The notes under the pieces were generated by a model. The model was given only the letters and a program-made list of their open reading frames with translations, ran no database searches and was not told where the DNA came from. This document shows positions 9,672 to 18,482 of a stretch of 64,000 nucleotides of DNA, piece after piece. The stretch is taken from positions 186,001 through 250,000 of the IMG/VR virus record IMGVR_UViG_3300027834_000005. One strand, given 5' to 3'. Positions within the stretch are counted from its first letter, which is position 1; every line of letters begins with the position of its first letter. The translations under genes and the position numbers were made by a program.

Positions 9672-10175
9672 ATGAAAATAGATATTATTGACTTCGAGGC
9701 GTCCGCCTTGCAGTATCCAAGTTTCCCAATACAAGTTGCTATTATAAAAGAAGACGGTTCTACCTTTGATAGGTATATTCGTCCGTCTGATAAATGGATA
9801 GAGACGTATAATTGGGACCCTGCCTCACAAGACATACATAATATACCACTTAATACGTTACTGGACATTGGTAAGCCTTTAAAAGAAGTCGCTGAAGACC
9901 TTAATGAATTCGTCGGTGATGGTACTGTATATTGTGACGGTGGATTGTACGATATTGGCTGGTGTAACGAACTCTATGAAGCGGCTAAAATTAAAAGAAC
10001 ATTTAGGCTAGGTAGTGTCACTGAATTGTATGAGTATCATGCCGGTGATAAACAGTTATGGGAAGTAAAACAGATAGCTGCTGATAAACTAAAACTAAAA
10101 GAGCATGATGCTCTTAATGACGTCAAGATCATACAATTGGCTGTTAATTGGAAGAGAAATAACTACATACCATGA
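9672..10175 (+). CDS. DEDDh 3'-5' exonuclease-like protein
   Basis: IIDFEAS, D..YD..W and HDALND motifs. Confidence 0.75.
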   Translation: MKIDIIDFEASALQYPSFPIQVAIIKEDGSTFDRYIRPSDKWIETYNWDPASQDIHNIPLNTLLDIGKPLKEVAEDLNEFVGDGTVYCDGGLYDIGWCNELYEAAKIKRTFRLGSVTELYEYHAGDKQLWEVKQIAADKLKLKEHDALNDVKIIQLAVNWKRNNYIP

Positions 10176-10436
10176 AGCAGATATTGACAGTGGAGAATAT
10201 ACAGACATTGACGGTTTCTGAGGACGAAATTCTCATAGTTACCGTTGATTGTACTGATATGCCTAGGAGTAAACAAGCGGCATATATGGAAGACGTATTG
10301 AAGTTCGTTAAAGAACAAGTTGATTGTAAGGTAATAGTATTTCCGTCAACCATTAAGGTATCAAAAATAAGTACTGATGCCGATAACTAATGACTTTTAT
10401 TGATAAATAGAACTAAAATATAGGTTCTATTTTATA

Positions 10437-11279
10437 ATGAAACTACAACATATCATTGAAAGCCTTAACGAAGCTCCAATTGGAGATTTCGAAACATCAG
10501 GCGACTTTTCTAAAAATTCATCCTTTAGAAAACCTAAAGATCGTAAGATCATAAACAATCCTAAATCTCAAGAAGTATTCAGAAAGAAATTCAGTAATAC
10601 TGACCACGACTTTAATTTTTATTTCGTAAATAGCCCTGCTGCCAACCGTCATACTGAAGTTGGTATGGTTGATATGAATTGGGTACAAGAAAATTTAGGC
10701 GAAGAAGTTGCCAATATGGTAAATCATGACGGCGATGCAATTAGTATTATCTTTACTAACAATAAAGGTGAAAAAGGTGTTACTATGACACCATGGATTG
10801 TAGCACATAGAATAGCGCATGTACTTACACGTCCAAATGTTAATCCACCGAAGATTTTAGAAGCCTACAGCGACTTCATTAAGCAAATGTCTTTGGAAGT
10901 GTTCCCTTTGTACGGGATTAATGACTTCCCTAGAAATTGGCGCGGATTCATAAGTGATCAACGAGCCATGAAGATTATGCAGTTGTTTATGTATGCAGCG
11001 GGAGACTTTAGATCCGCAAGAGATAAGAACCTGAATAACGGCGCAGAAGCATTCCATGAGATGTTCGCTCAATACCTAACGACTGGTAAAGTGAAGCTTA
11101 AAGAAATACCAAAACAATTCGGAAATAGAAATTTTAGTGCGTCGTTACAAGGTAACGGACAAATACAAGATTTCGAAATGGTAGAATACAACCACGCTCT
11201 ACAGTCAGCAGCTGACACGTTAGAGTGGGGATTAGAAGGTGGGCTAGGTGCCTATTATAATAAAGTATTCGTAATGTAA
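10437..11279 (+). CDS. Late-expressed hypothetical protein (possible head-packaged protein)
   Basis: TGATAAATA upstream; N-terminal MKLQHIIESLNE; HE..AQY metalloprotease-like motif. Confidence 0.55.
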   Translation: MKLQHIIESLNEAPIGDFETSGDFSKNSSFRKPKDRKIINNPKSQEVFRKKFSNTDHDFNFYFVNSPAANRHTEVGMVDMNWVQENLGEEVANMVNHDGDAISIIFTNNKGEKGVTMTPWIVAHRIAHVLTRPNVNPPKILEAYSDFIKQMSLEVFPLYGINDFPRNWRGFISDQRAMKIMQLFMYAAGDFRSARDKNLNNGAEAFHEMFAQYLTTGKVKLKEIPKQFGNRNFSASLQGNGQIQDFEMVEYNHALQSAADTLEWGLEGGLGAYYNKVFVM

Positions 11280-11289
11280 GATATATGGC

Positions 11290-11410
11290 TTGACAGGGAC
11301 GTGATATAGTGATATAATTCGTCCCATATTAAGAAATACTCATTTTGAGATAAAAACTTCTGAAAATGATAAATAAAAGTATTGACAAAGTGTTTAAAGC
11401 ACTGTATAAT
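11290..11410 (+). promoter_or_regulatory. Promoter stack for tRNA cluster 1 (two sigma70 promoters plus a late TGATAAATA)
   Basis: TTGACA-N17-TATAAT at 11290-11318 and 11382-11410; TGATAAATA ~11367. Confidence 0.8.
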
Positions 11411-11448
11411 ACTCAGTATAAATTAAATGACTAATAAGGTCTAGTAAA

Positions 11449-11607
11449 ATGAAAACAATTATCGCAACTACAATCGCTTCCAGTATGCTCTTATCTGCAT
11501 CACAGCGCCAAGTTGTGTCTGAACAATTGTTATCATCTCAGTCGGTTGAACGCCAACTGGAAAGACAGCCTTACGGGTTAATGAGTATCGAAGAGGATTT
11601 TATCTAA
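11449..11607 (+). CDS. Leader peptide 1 of tRNA-cluster attenuator (52 aa, S/L/Q/R/E-rich)
   Basis: MKTIIATTIASSMLLSASQRQVVSEQLLSSQSVERQLERQPYGLMSIEEDFI*; TAAGGT SD; below ORF-track cutoff. Confidence 0.85.
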   Translation: MKTIIATTIASSMLLSASQRQVVSEQLLSSQSVERQLERQPYGLMSIEEDFI

Positions 11608-11635
11608 GTATAGATTAAAATCACAGAGAATTCAG

Positions 11636-11669
11636 AAACCCGATCTAGGCAACTAAATCGGGTTTTTTT
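11636..11669 (+). terminator. Attenuator terminator 1 (alternative antiterminator 11574-11642)
   Basis: AAACCCGATCTAG GCAA CTAAATCGGGTTTTTTT; upstream CGGGTT (11574-79) is complementary to its 5' arm. Confidence 0.85.
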
Positions 11670-11697
11670 ATGCTCGAAGAAAAAGAAAAGAATTAAA

Positions 11698-11772
11698 GCA
11701 CCATTCGACTAGTGGCTAGGTCAACAGGTTTTCAACCTGCAGAAGGGGGATCGAAACCCCCATGGTGTACCA
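11698..11772 (+). tRNA. tRNA-Glu(TTC)
   Basis: ACAGG TTTTCAA CCTGC, CCA. Confidence 0.9.
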
Positions 11773-11777
11773 ACAAA

Positions 11778-11852
11778 TGGGGTGTGGCCAATAGGATAAG
11801 GCAACGGGCTTTGAACTCGTGATAGTGGGATCGTTACCCACCACCCTAGCCA
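11778..11852 (+). tRNA. tRNA-Gln(TTG)
   Basis: ACGGG CTTTGAA CTCGT, GCCA. Confidence 0.9.
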
Positions 11853-11952
11853 ATAAGGTAATAAAAGGTGAAAGATATGAACATGAATAAAGAGGTAAAT
11901 TTGGGGACGATTGTTCCCATAGCTATCCAGACAGCGACTACGACATTGTAAT

Positions 11953-12026
11953 CGCGGATTAGCTAAGTGGTATAGCCTCGCACTTTGACTGCGATGTCGA
12001 GGGTTCGATTCCCTCATCCGCTGCCA
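11953..12026 (+). tRNA. tRNA-Gln(TTG)
   Basis: TCGCA CTTTGAC TGCGA, GCCA. Confidence 0.9.
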
Positions 12027-12178
12027 CGAAAGAAGTAGAAATAAAAGTTGTAAAGAAGTAGAAAACGTGAGAAAATATAGAAGAACAGAGAAGCGGGAAG
12101 GAAATATAGGGCTGGCCTAAGAATCAGATTTGTGCAGTATTGATTGCCTCTCATTAATAAAATAATGAGGACAATATA

Positions 12179-12427
12179 ATGAAAAGTTTATTAAAGAGAC
12201 ATAGAGTAAGAGCGACATTTTATCACGTAGTAGCGATACTATTTGTTTTAAGTGCAGTATGCGCAGAGTCAGGTATTATAAGTATAACGGCTGGTTTCTG
12301 GATAGGAATAGTATTATTCTTTGCAGATTATATCGCAGAGATGTATGACCCGAATCCTGAGAATCCAGGTCCATGGTTTGAATCGCACTTTCATAGATTT
12401 TATGATGGTGACGAAGATGAAGAATAG
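12179..12427 (+). CDS. Small membrane protein
   Basis: Two hydrophobic segments; GAGG SD. Confidence 0.6.
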   Translation: MKSLLKRHRVRATFYHVVAILFVLSAVCAESGIISITAGFWIGIVLFFADYIAEMYDPNPENPGPWFESHFHRFYDGDEDEE

Positions 12428-12430
12428 AAT

Positions 12431-12507
12431 GCGACGGTGATCCAATTGGTAGAGGTGCTAGGTTCAAGTTCTAGTTGTTGAGGGTTCGACTCCCTCTCGT
12501 CGTACCA
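12431..12507 (+). tRNA. tRNA-Leu(CAA), short variable arm
   Basis: CTAGG TTCAAGT TCTAG, ACCA. Confidence 0.8.
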
Positions 12508-12688
12508 TATTAGGTGAGTATATGAAGAACAGAAACAAATGGCTACGTATACCAGAACATATTGAGAAAGAAAGAGTATACAGAGAGGCCGTAGCTCTAT
12601 TTGATCAGTTAGAAAAGAAGAACGGCGTGCTATCTACATCAGTAGCCACGTTAAGAGATAGATTGAAGAAAAGTTTTAAAGGTTAAAT

Positions 12689-12775
12689 GCGGGTGTGGCG
12701 AAGTTGGTATATGCAGCGGTTTTAGAAACCGTAGATCGGAAGATCGTGAGGGTTCGACTCCCTCCACCCGTACCA
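12689..12775 (+). tRNA. tRNA-Leu(TAG)
   Basis: GCGGT TTTAGAA ACCGT, long variable arm. Confidence 0.95.
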
Positions 12776-12790
12776 TATTGGAGAAAGAAG

Positions 12791-13126
12791 ATGGCACATT
12801 ATAGAAAGTTAGAAGTTGGTGGTATTAATTACCAATTTAATATCGGTAAACGTTATGTCGCCATCAAAGGTCCGAACGGAACAGAGCACGTAGAAAAAAG
12901 TGTTGTTGGGTTTGAAGTGCATGCCAGTGCTGCCGTTACGCCCAAGATGATCGCTGATCATATAAAGGGATGTAAAAAAGATGTCAGTGAGTACTTCCCG
13001 TCGTGCGGATGTGAAGGAGTAGAGAAGACACTAGTGGTTAATCCGTACGAAAGTGAAATTCGTGAAAAAACATATTATAACTATTGGTGTAAAAGTTGTT
13101 ATGAAAGTGTAGCGGATGATATTTAA
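12791..13126 (+). CDS. Hypothetical Cys-rich protein
   Basis: ATG 12791 after GGAG; CGC..CKSC motifs. Confidence 0.6.
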   Translation: MAHYRKLEVGGINYQFNIGKRYVAIKGPNGTEHVEKSVVGFEVHASAAVTPKMIADHIKGCKKDVSEYFPSCGCEGVEKTLVVNPYESEIREKTYYNYWCKSCYESVADDI

Positions 13127-13136
13127 AAGTTTTGAA

Positions 13137-13223
13137 GCCATGGTGGCGAAGCAGGAATATGCACCAGACTTAAAATCTGGCGGTCGAAAGATCATGCGGG
13201 TTCGATTCCCGCCCATGGCACCA
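13137..13223 (+). tRNA. tRNA-Leu(TAA)
   Basis: CCAGA CTTAAAA TCTGG, long variable arm. Confidence 0.95.
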
Positions 13224-13311
13224 AATACGTATAGCTGAGGATATAGCATGTTGTCTTCCAAGGCCTGAAAAGGTAGCGCAGCCAGAAGGTTAGGCATGCT
13301 GAGATTTTAAT

Positions 13312-13382
13312 ACGTCGGGCAGCGGATGCAAGAGAGATTACGAATCTTTCTGTCGGTGGTTCGAATCCACCTCGGCGTACCA
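13312..13382 (+). tRNA. tRNA-Arg(ACG) with reduced D-arm
   Basis: AGAGA TTACGAA TCTTT; intact T-arm and acceptor; D-arm only GCA-GCGGA-TGC. Confidence 0.7.
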
Positions 13383-13542
13383 ATTTTTACGGAGAGTTCC
13401 ATGGGAACAGTTATAGACCTAGAATCTTATAGAACATCAAGAATGAGTAAGATGGAATCTCTCAAATACACGGCAGAAAAAGCCAAAAGGCTAGCCGAAA
13501 GGATTGATAGGAAAATCGAGAAAATGAAGAAGTAAGTTTAAT

Positions 13543-13620
13543 GCACTTGTCGTCTAACTGGAATAGGATACCTGACTTTCAATCAGGGGAATGCGGGATC
13601 GAGGCCCGTCAAGTGTACCA
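13543..13620 (+). tRNA. tRNA-Glu(TTC)
   Basis: CCTGA CTTTCAA TCAGG. Confidence 0.9.
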
Positions 13621-13626
13621 TTTTAT

Positions 13627-13760
13627 GGGACTGGCTGAAGGCAGCTAAGGTAGAGGTTCGATTCCTCTTTTAAGTCTGGACAGACGGAGGTTCGATTCCT
13701 CATTACGTCTACTGGTATACTTGCGAGTGTAGATGGGTTCGACTCCCGACAGTTCCAACA
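13627..13760 (+). ncRNA. tRNA-like RNA with three T-loop hairpins
   Basis: GGGACTG/CAGTTCC closing stem; GAGGTTCGATTCCTC twice and GGGTTCGACTCCC. Confidence 0.6.
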
Positions 13761-13864
13761 TTTTAAGGTAGCAAATACCAAACGCTACCTTGGTGAAAAG
13801 GTTGGCCTAGTAGTAAGAGGTGGTACTCTTGTGAAAAGCTGGCCTTAGTAACCTAAATTTTAAT

Positions 13865-13941
13865 GCGTCCTTGGCCAAATTGGATAAGGCACCGGATTTC
13901 TACTCCGACGATTCCAGATTCGAATTCTGGAGGGCGCACCA
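13865..13941 (+). tRNA. tRNA-Arg(TCT)
   Basis: CCGGA TTTCTAC TCCGA, ACCA. Confidence 0.9.
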
Positions 13942-14122
13942 AACATACTGTTAATGGGAAATACTAGTTTCAACCATTGACAGGCAGGGCTGAACTCGCA
14001 AGGTTCTTTCCTTTACTTGCTTAGGCATCAGACAGCGAATCGTGGATGGGTCTGAAGGGTGGCTACGCGGAGTAGTAGTGAGATAAATGATTTCTAAATT
14101 CTCACGGCAGGTAAAAAACACT

Positions 14123-14212
14123 AGCAGATAATCCATGATGGTGATTGGGTGCGCTTGGAAAGCGTTGCGAGGGCTGATACCCCTTTCGGATCGATACCGA
14201 TGTCTGCTACCA
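14123..14212 (+). tRNA. tRNA-Ser(GGA)
   Basis: GCGC TTGGAAA GCGT, long variable arm. Confidence 0.8.
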
Positions 14213-14220
14213 AATTTAAT

Positions 14221-14295
14221 GCTCCTGTCGTCTAATGGCTAGGATATCGCGTTCTCAGCGCGGGGAAGACGGATCGATACCGTCCAGGAGTACCA
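14221..14295 (+). tRNA. tRNA-Glu(CTC)
   Basis: TCGCG TTCTCAG CGCGG. Confidence 0.9.
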
Positions 14296-14301
14296 ATTTA
14301 T

Positions 14302-14390
14302 AGTAGGTTAATTCGTCGGGGACGGACACGGCTTTGAATACCGTTGGAGGGTTAATAGCCCTTGGGGATCGATACCTCAATCTACTGCCA
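14302..14390 (+). tRNA. tRNA-Ser(TGA)
   Basis: ACGGC TTTGAAT ACCGT, long variable arm, GCCA. Confidence 0.8.
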
Positions 14391-14576
14391 ATTAAGGAAA
14401 TATTATGTTTGCCAGATTACAACGTAAATATTTTAAGTATAGGGCCAGACTAGCTCAAGATGATATGTATATGACTATGGGCATGTTCAATGTAAAAGAA
14501 GAGCAGTTGTATGGAAACTATTCATATAATATAAGTAAGGCTAAACGTGATTACTATCTCACTAGGGCCAAGTGGG

Positions 14577-14915
14577 CTATCTAAGTTCGATTGACTTGGA
14601 TTGTTCTTGATCTAAAACATAACCTTGTAGATTGTCTACTTTGTTCTGTACTGCTTGATGTACGCGATGGTAACCGTCTATTAACATAAGACCTTTTTCC
14701 AACTCTACGATAAGCACAGGAGAGTTCTTCTCAGACCCCATGGCGTGGTCGTGATCGACTCTTACAAAACCTAGCATACTAGCTAGGTCTGAGGTGTTAA
14801 ATGTCTCTACGGGAACTCCGTGAGCCTTTACAAGGTCATATCCCTTGTCTACGTCCCATGTCTTTCCGAGCATGGTAAACGTTTCACCTTTGTTGTTAAA
14901 TTCTAATAGTCTCAT
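14577..14915 (-). CDS. ParB/Srx-like N-terminal domain protein, late promoter
   Basis: LIDGYHRV motif; MRLLEF start; TGATAAATA upstream on the minus strand. Confidence 0.6.
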   Translation of the reverse strand: MRLLEFNNKGETFTMLGKTWDVDKGYDLVKAHGVPVETFNTSDLASMLGFVRVDHDHAMGSEKNSPVLIVELEKGLMLIDGYHRVHQAVQNKVDNLQGYVLDQEQSKSIELR

Positions 14916-14934
14916 GACTATATTTATCAGTTAC

Positions 14935-15023
14935 GGTAGATAATCCTGACAGGGTCAGGCACTGTTTCGAAAACAGTAGGAGGACTTGCGTGCCTTGGGG
15001 ATCGTTACCTCTATCTACCTCCA
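14935..15023 (+). tRNA. tRNA-Ser(CGA)
   Basis: ACTGT TTCGAAA ACAGT, long variable arm. Confidence 0.85.
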
Positions 15024-15084
15024 TTCAAGCGTTGACATTAAGTTTAAAGCGGCATAGTATACATTTTTCACTGAGGTCACAGCC

Positions 15085-15417
15085 ATGTTTGAAGTAAGAA
15101 AAGAGTTGATTGATTATAAGGATGGTGATAAGCTCATCTGTGTCATTGGTGAAACGCTAAAGGCCGGAGAGTTGAGATTTCCAACTTATAAGGCTGGTGA
15201 CGTCGCGGTAGCTTACGGAGAACCGTATATTAATGCTGATGGTGCCGAATTCATTAAAGTGGTAGAATCTAGTATTATGACAGGTGACCCAATGGAACCG
15301 AGTTCTAGGTTCCTCGCAAACTTTAACGGTAAGTCTGGTAATTATCTTTTTGTGATTGAGAATAAATTAACAGACGAAGATCGATTCCATGGTAAACTGA
15401 TTGGGTGGAAAGTATGA
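15085..15417 (+). CDS. Hypothetical protein with C-terminal EEExFxxxLxG-type motif
   Basis: Ends TDEDRFHGKLIGWKV. Confidence 0.65.
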   Translation: MFEVRKELIDYKDGDKLICVIGETLKAGELRFPTYKAGDVAVAYGEPYINADGAEFIKVVESSIMTGDPMEPSSRFLANFNGKSGNYLFVIENKLTDEDRFHGKLIGWKV

Positions 15418-15998
15418 ACGAGCTAAACGCGATAAAGATCAAAAAAGATTTTAATATGGGTAGCCTAAGTCCATCATGTATACCTTGGAAAATACACGTA
15501 GGAAGCACGTACCATATAGAGCGTAGAGACGTAGGTAAGTATGTGTTGAGTAGTTATCGTTTTGATAATACAGATCGACGGGAAGCGGTGACCTATCTTT
15601 TAGAACGAGACTTAAACGTATTGTTTGAAGAAGAAGATGTTTTTATGTCAATGATAATGATGGATAATCGCAAAGACGAAGGTAAATTTGCGACTAGGGG
15701 CGTATAATGAGTTTTGCAGGCATTGGCCAGTTCAGAAAAAATCTTGACGCTCTTATGGATTCAGACGCATTTAAGAATGCTAATGAAGGTGAACGTTTGA
15801 GAATGGGCGGCATGCTAGTGAGATCTACCGGCGCTAAGTTAGACAAAAAGAAAACGAGTACCTTGCATCCTATGCACCCAAATAATATTATAAAGAAATA
15901 ACTGGAAAAATAGTTGAATGAATGTGTGAGAGAAAAAATTAGTCCGTGTGACAACCTAGTTTATAAATAGTATAAACGCATTAAAAGGGCATACACAC

Positions 15999-16955
15999 AT
16001 GGATATTCAATATTTGAAAGGACTTATCCTAGCATTAGAAGAAACGTACAGCACTACTCAAACTGTAGATAGAGATCAATTATGCTATGACGTTGTCATG
16101 TTAGACGCTATGACAAAAGCTAATAGAGGTCTGAAGGATGTTATTAAAAAGTATAGTAGTATGCTTATCGTATTAGAGAATCGTGAAAGAACAAAAACGT
16201 ACAAAAATAGACTAGAGCAATTATATGATGGTGTTGGCGTGTACGAAGCCAGTGTTATTACGGCGAGAGCTAAAGTGTTATGTGAAGAATATAAGCAGGA
16301 TAGTGAATTAGGTTTGTTAGCCACAGATAAGACTCTAGACGTGTCTATGCGAGACATAGTGCTTACTACCCAAGAAAAAATAATGAGAAATTTAGAACCT
16401 AAAGATTTCTTAGACGACACTGATATTGCGATAATTACTGACCCAGCTGTAGCCTCAAAAAATGAGAGCTTTAAGCAGAAGTCAGAAGAGCATGCTGCAG
16501 ACGTTAATAGTCAAGTGTGTAAAAACGCACAAGTATATTCTGAGAAGTTAGCCAGTGATATGTCGGTACAAGGTATTGACGTGGTAATTGAGGAAAGTGA
16601 ATTCAGTGTTATCAATCCAAGATACGACAGAGATATGTCTTCTCTACGTGGCAAAATAACTACCGCATCGGACGAAGATAGGATGGATCTAGAGAACGAA
16701 AGACAGCGCTATATGAATAGTACAGATAGAAGCTTGACTCTTAACGAGATATATAATAAGCTTCTTAACTTACGAGAAATACTTATTAGTCCTTCTGATT
16801 TTTCAGGGGTAGATGTCGATATGAAAGCAATTGACGCAATGAGGATTACATTTAGTAGTGGAGTTATGACTCCAGAAGAAACGGTTAGTATGAACGAAGA
16901 AGCATTAGAGATATTGGTGCGATACGGGATTTACGCTGATCGGTATGCCACTTAA
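15999..16955 (+). CDS. Late hypothetical protein
   Basis: 318 aa ORF preceded by TATAAATA (T4 late consensus) at ~15963. Confidence 0.65.
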   Translation: MDIQYLKGLILALEETYSTTQTVDRDQLCYDVVMLDAMTKANRGLKDVIKKYSSMLIVLENRERTKTYKNRLEQLYDGVGVYEASVITARAKVLCEEYKQDSELGLLATDKTLDVSMRDIVLTTQEKIMRNLEPKDFLDDTDIAIITDPAVASKNESFKQKSEEHAADVNSQVCKNAQVYSEKLASDMSVQGIDVVIEESEFSVINPRYDRDMSSLRGKITTASDEDRMDLENERQRYMNSTDRSLTLNEIYNKLLNLREILISPSDFSGVDVDMKAIDAMRITFSSGVMTPEETVSMNEEALEILVRYGIYADRYAT

Positions 16956-16973
16956 ATTAAAGTGATAAAGGTG

Positions 16974-17097
16974 TTGACAACTACTACATAACGTTGTATA
17001 ATAGTCGGCATCAAATGAACGAAAACTTGTTTTAGACAAAAAAAGTTCAAAAATGATAAATAAAAGTATTGACAACGATTGTAATACGTTGTATAAT
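16974..17097 (+). promoter_or_regulatory. Promoter stack for tRNA cluster 2 (two sigma70 promoters plus a late TGATAAATA)
   Basis: TTGACA-N17-TATAAT at 16974-17002 and 17069-17097; AAAATGATAAATAAAAGTATTGACAA is shared with the cluster 1 stack. Confidence 0.8.
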
Positions 17098-17140
17098 ACT
17101 CAGCATAACTTAACTAGATAATATTTCAAGGTGAAATAAC

Positions 17141-17317
17141 ATGAAAACATTGACTGCAAACATCAATACAACAACAAAGCATATTGCTATTAATAGCACG
17201 GCTGCGTGGTGTGTGATTGCGCCTATGTTTAGTGTGATAGCGGATGATAGTAATTTTAATGGCTATCCGAAGCATCAGAATCGGGTTAGAATGAAAGGTG
17301 AGACGAGAGGAATGTAA
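17141..17317 (+). CDS. Leader peptide 2 of tRNA-cluster attenuator (58 aa)
   Basis: MKTLTANINTTTKHIAINSTAAWCVIAPMFSVIADDSNFNGYPKHQNRVRMKGETRGM*; AAGGTG SD. Confidence 0.85.
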   Translation: MKTLTANINTTTKHIAINSTAAWCVIAPMFSVIADDSNFNGYPKHQNRVRMKGETRGM

Positions 17318-17341
17318 ATTCCAAAACTCATAAAGAATTCG

Positions 17342-17374
17342 AAACCCGACCTAGGAAACTACGTCGGGTTTTTT
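17342..17374 (+). terminator. Attenuator terminator 2 (alternative antiterminator 17281-17349)
   Basis: AAACCCGACCTAG GAAA CTACGTCGGGTTTTTT; upstream TCGGGTT (17281-87) is complementary to its 5' arm. Confidence 0.85.
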
Positions 17375-17496
17375 CGTTTCAGGGGTTCGTAAAATCCCAG
17401 ACTACTTTACTCCAGCAGTAAAGCGTTATTTGAAAATTAGATTAGTAAATTGGAAAGCGGGGCATACCATGCCTCGCTATATAAACAAAAGAATTT

Positions 17497-17570
17497 GGGG
17501 CCATAGTATAATGGGATTATGCCTGCCTTGCACGTAGATGATCGGGGTTCGACTCCCCGTGGCTCCACCA
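17497..17570 (+). tRNA. tRNA-Ala(TGC)
   Basis: GGGGCCA acceptor with G3:U70, CTTGCAC loop. Confidence 0.9.
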
Positions 17571-17577
17571 AATTTGT

Positions 17578-17653
17578 GGTCATGTAGCTCAGAGGCAGAG
17601 CACTCCCTTCATACGGGACGAGGTCGGGATCTCAGAATTCCCCATGACTACCA
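17578..17653 (+). tRNA. tRNA-Met(CAT) (elongator, or lysidine Ile2)
   Basis: CTCCC TTCATAC GGGAC, ACCA. Confidence 0.8.
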
Positions 17654-17659
17654 AATTTA

Positions 17660-17690
17660 GCCTCCATAGTGTAGCGGTAGCACAGCTTTA
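17660..17690 (+). pseudogene. 5' half of a tRNA truncated at the HNH cassette
   Basis: GCCTCCA TA GTGT AGCGGTA GCAC; no matching 3' half nearby. Confidence 0.55.
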
Positions 17691-17729
17691 ATAGTGTATG
17701 AGTAGGAAAATGATAAATACTTATAAACT

Positions 17730-18230
17730 ATGGTGAGCAATATGAAAAAAGAGTATTTGAAAAATCTAGTGGGTGAGGGTAAAACTCTGAAAGAGTTGTC
17801 GGAGGCCACTGGTAAAGGACAGACTACGGTAGTCTATTGGATGAAGAAGTACGATCTTAAGACTTCAAATGCGGAAAAAGGCCATGCCACTACTGCTTTT
17901 GTATGTTTATGTGGGGAAGATGATGAGGCTAAATTCTATAAGTCTACTCCGTCTATGTGTAAGCAGTGTCACGGCGAATATTGTGTTGAAAGATATGCCA
18001 AAGTAAAGAAGAAGGCGGTGGAATATAAGGGTGGTTCTTGTGAGAATTGCGGCTATGATAGACATAATGGCTGTTTAGAATTTCATCACCTTGACCCTAC
18101 GCAGAAAGATCCTAATTTTGCTTACTCTAGGGGTTGGGCGTGGGAACGTTTAGCTAAGGAACTAGATAAGTGCGTAATGTTATGCGCAAATTGCCATCGT
18201 GAAGTTCACGGCGGCGTGTTAAAACTTTAA
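17730..18230 (+). mobile_element. Free-standing HNH homing endonuclease (HTH + Zn + HNH)
   Basis: YKGGSCENCGY..LEFHHLDP..ELDKCVMLCANCHREVH; own TGATAAATA promoter. Confidence 0.85.
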
Positions 18231-18232
18231 AT

Positions 18233-18324
18233 GCTTCGATAGCTCAATTGGTAGAGCGACGGATTTATATCCCGTGCAGTAGATAACTGGTCGGTTGGGG
18301 GTTCGAATCCCCCTCGAAGTACCA
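18233..18324 (+). tRNA. tRNA-Ile(TAT) with extended variable arm
   Basis: GCTTCGA/TCGAAGT acceptor; ACGGA TTTATAT CCCGT. Confidence 0.7.
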
Positions 18325-18328
18325 ATTT

Positions 18329-18400
18329 ACGCCAATGGATTTATACCTCGTAACCACAGATAATGGGCTGTCGCAGGTTCGAATCCTGCTAGGTGTACCA
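18329..18400 (+). pseudogene. D-armless degenerate tRNA-Ile(TAT)-like copy
   Basis: GATTTATACC, same AGATAA extra arm, intact T-arm and ACCA, no D-arm. Confidence 0.5.
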
Positions 18401-18405
18401 TTTTA

Positions 18406-18482
18406 GCTCTTGAAACATTTATATGGATGATGTCCCGTTTTGTAATCGGGGGAACGCGGATCGTTACCGTGCTGGAGCACCA
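18406..18482 (+). tRNA. tRNA-Thr(TGT), atypical
   Basis: CCCGT TTTGTAA TCGGG; GATCGTTA T-loop. Confidence 0.7.

Noticed and set aside
12027-12110. Purine-rich AAAGAAGTAGAAA repeats
   Set aside because: Low-complexity spacer with no structure or ORF support
13766-13855. Possible mini-CRISPR array
   Set aside because: Only two imperfect ~20-nt repeats with hairpin spacers and no cas genes; kept only as a structured-RNA candidate
17660-18324. Group I intron splitting a tRNA around the HNH
   Set aside because: No P/Q/R/S core seen, and the downstream tRNA is complete with a different acceptor, so there is no matching 3' exon
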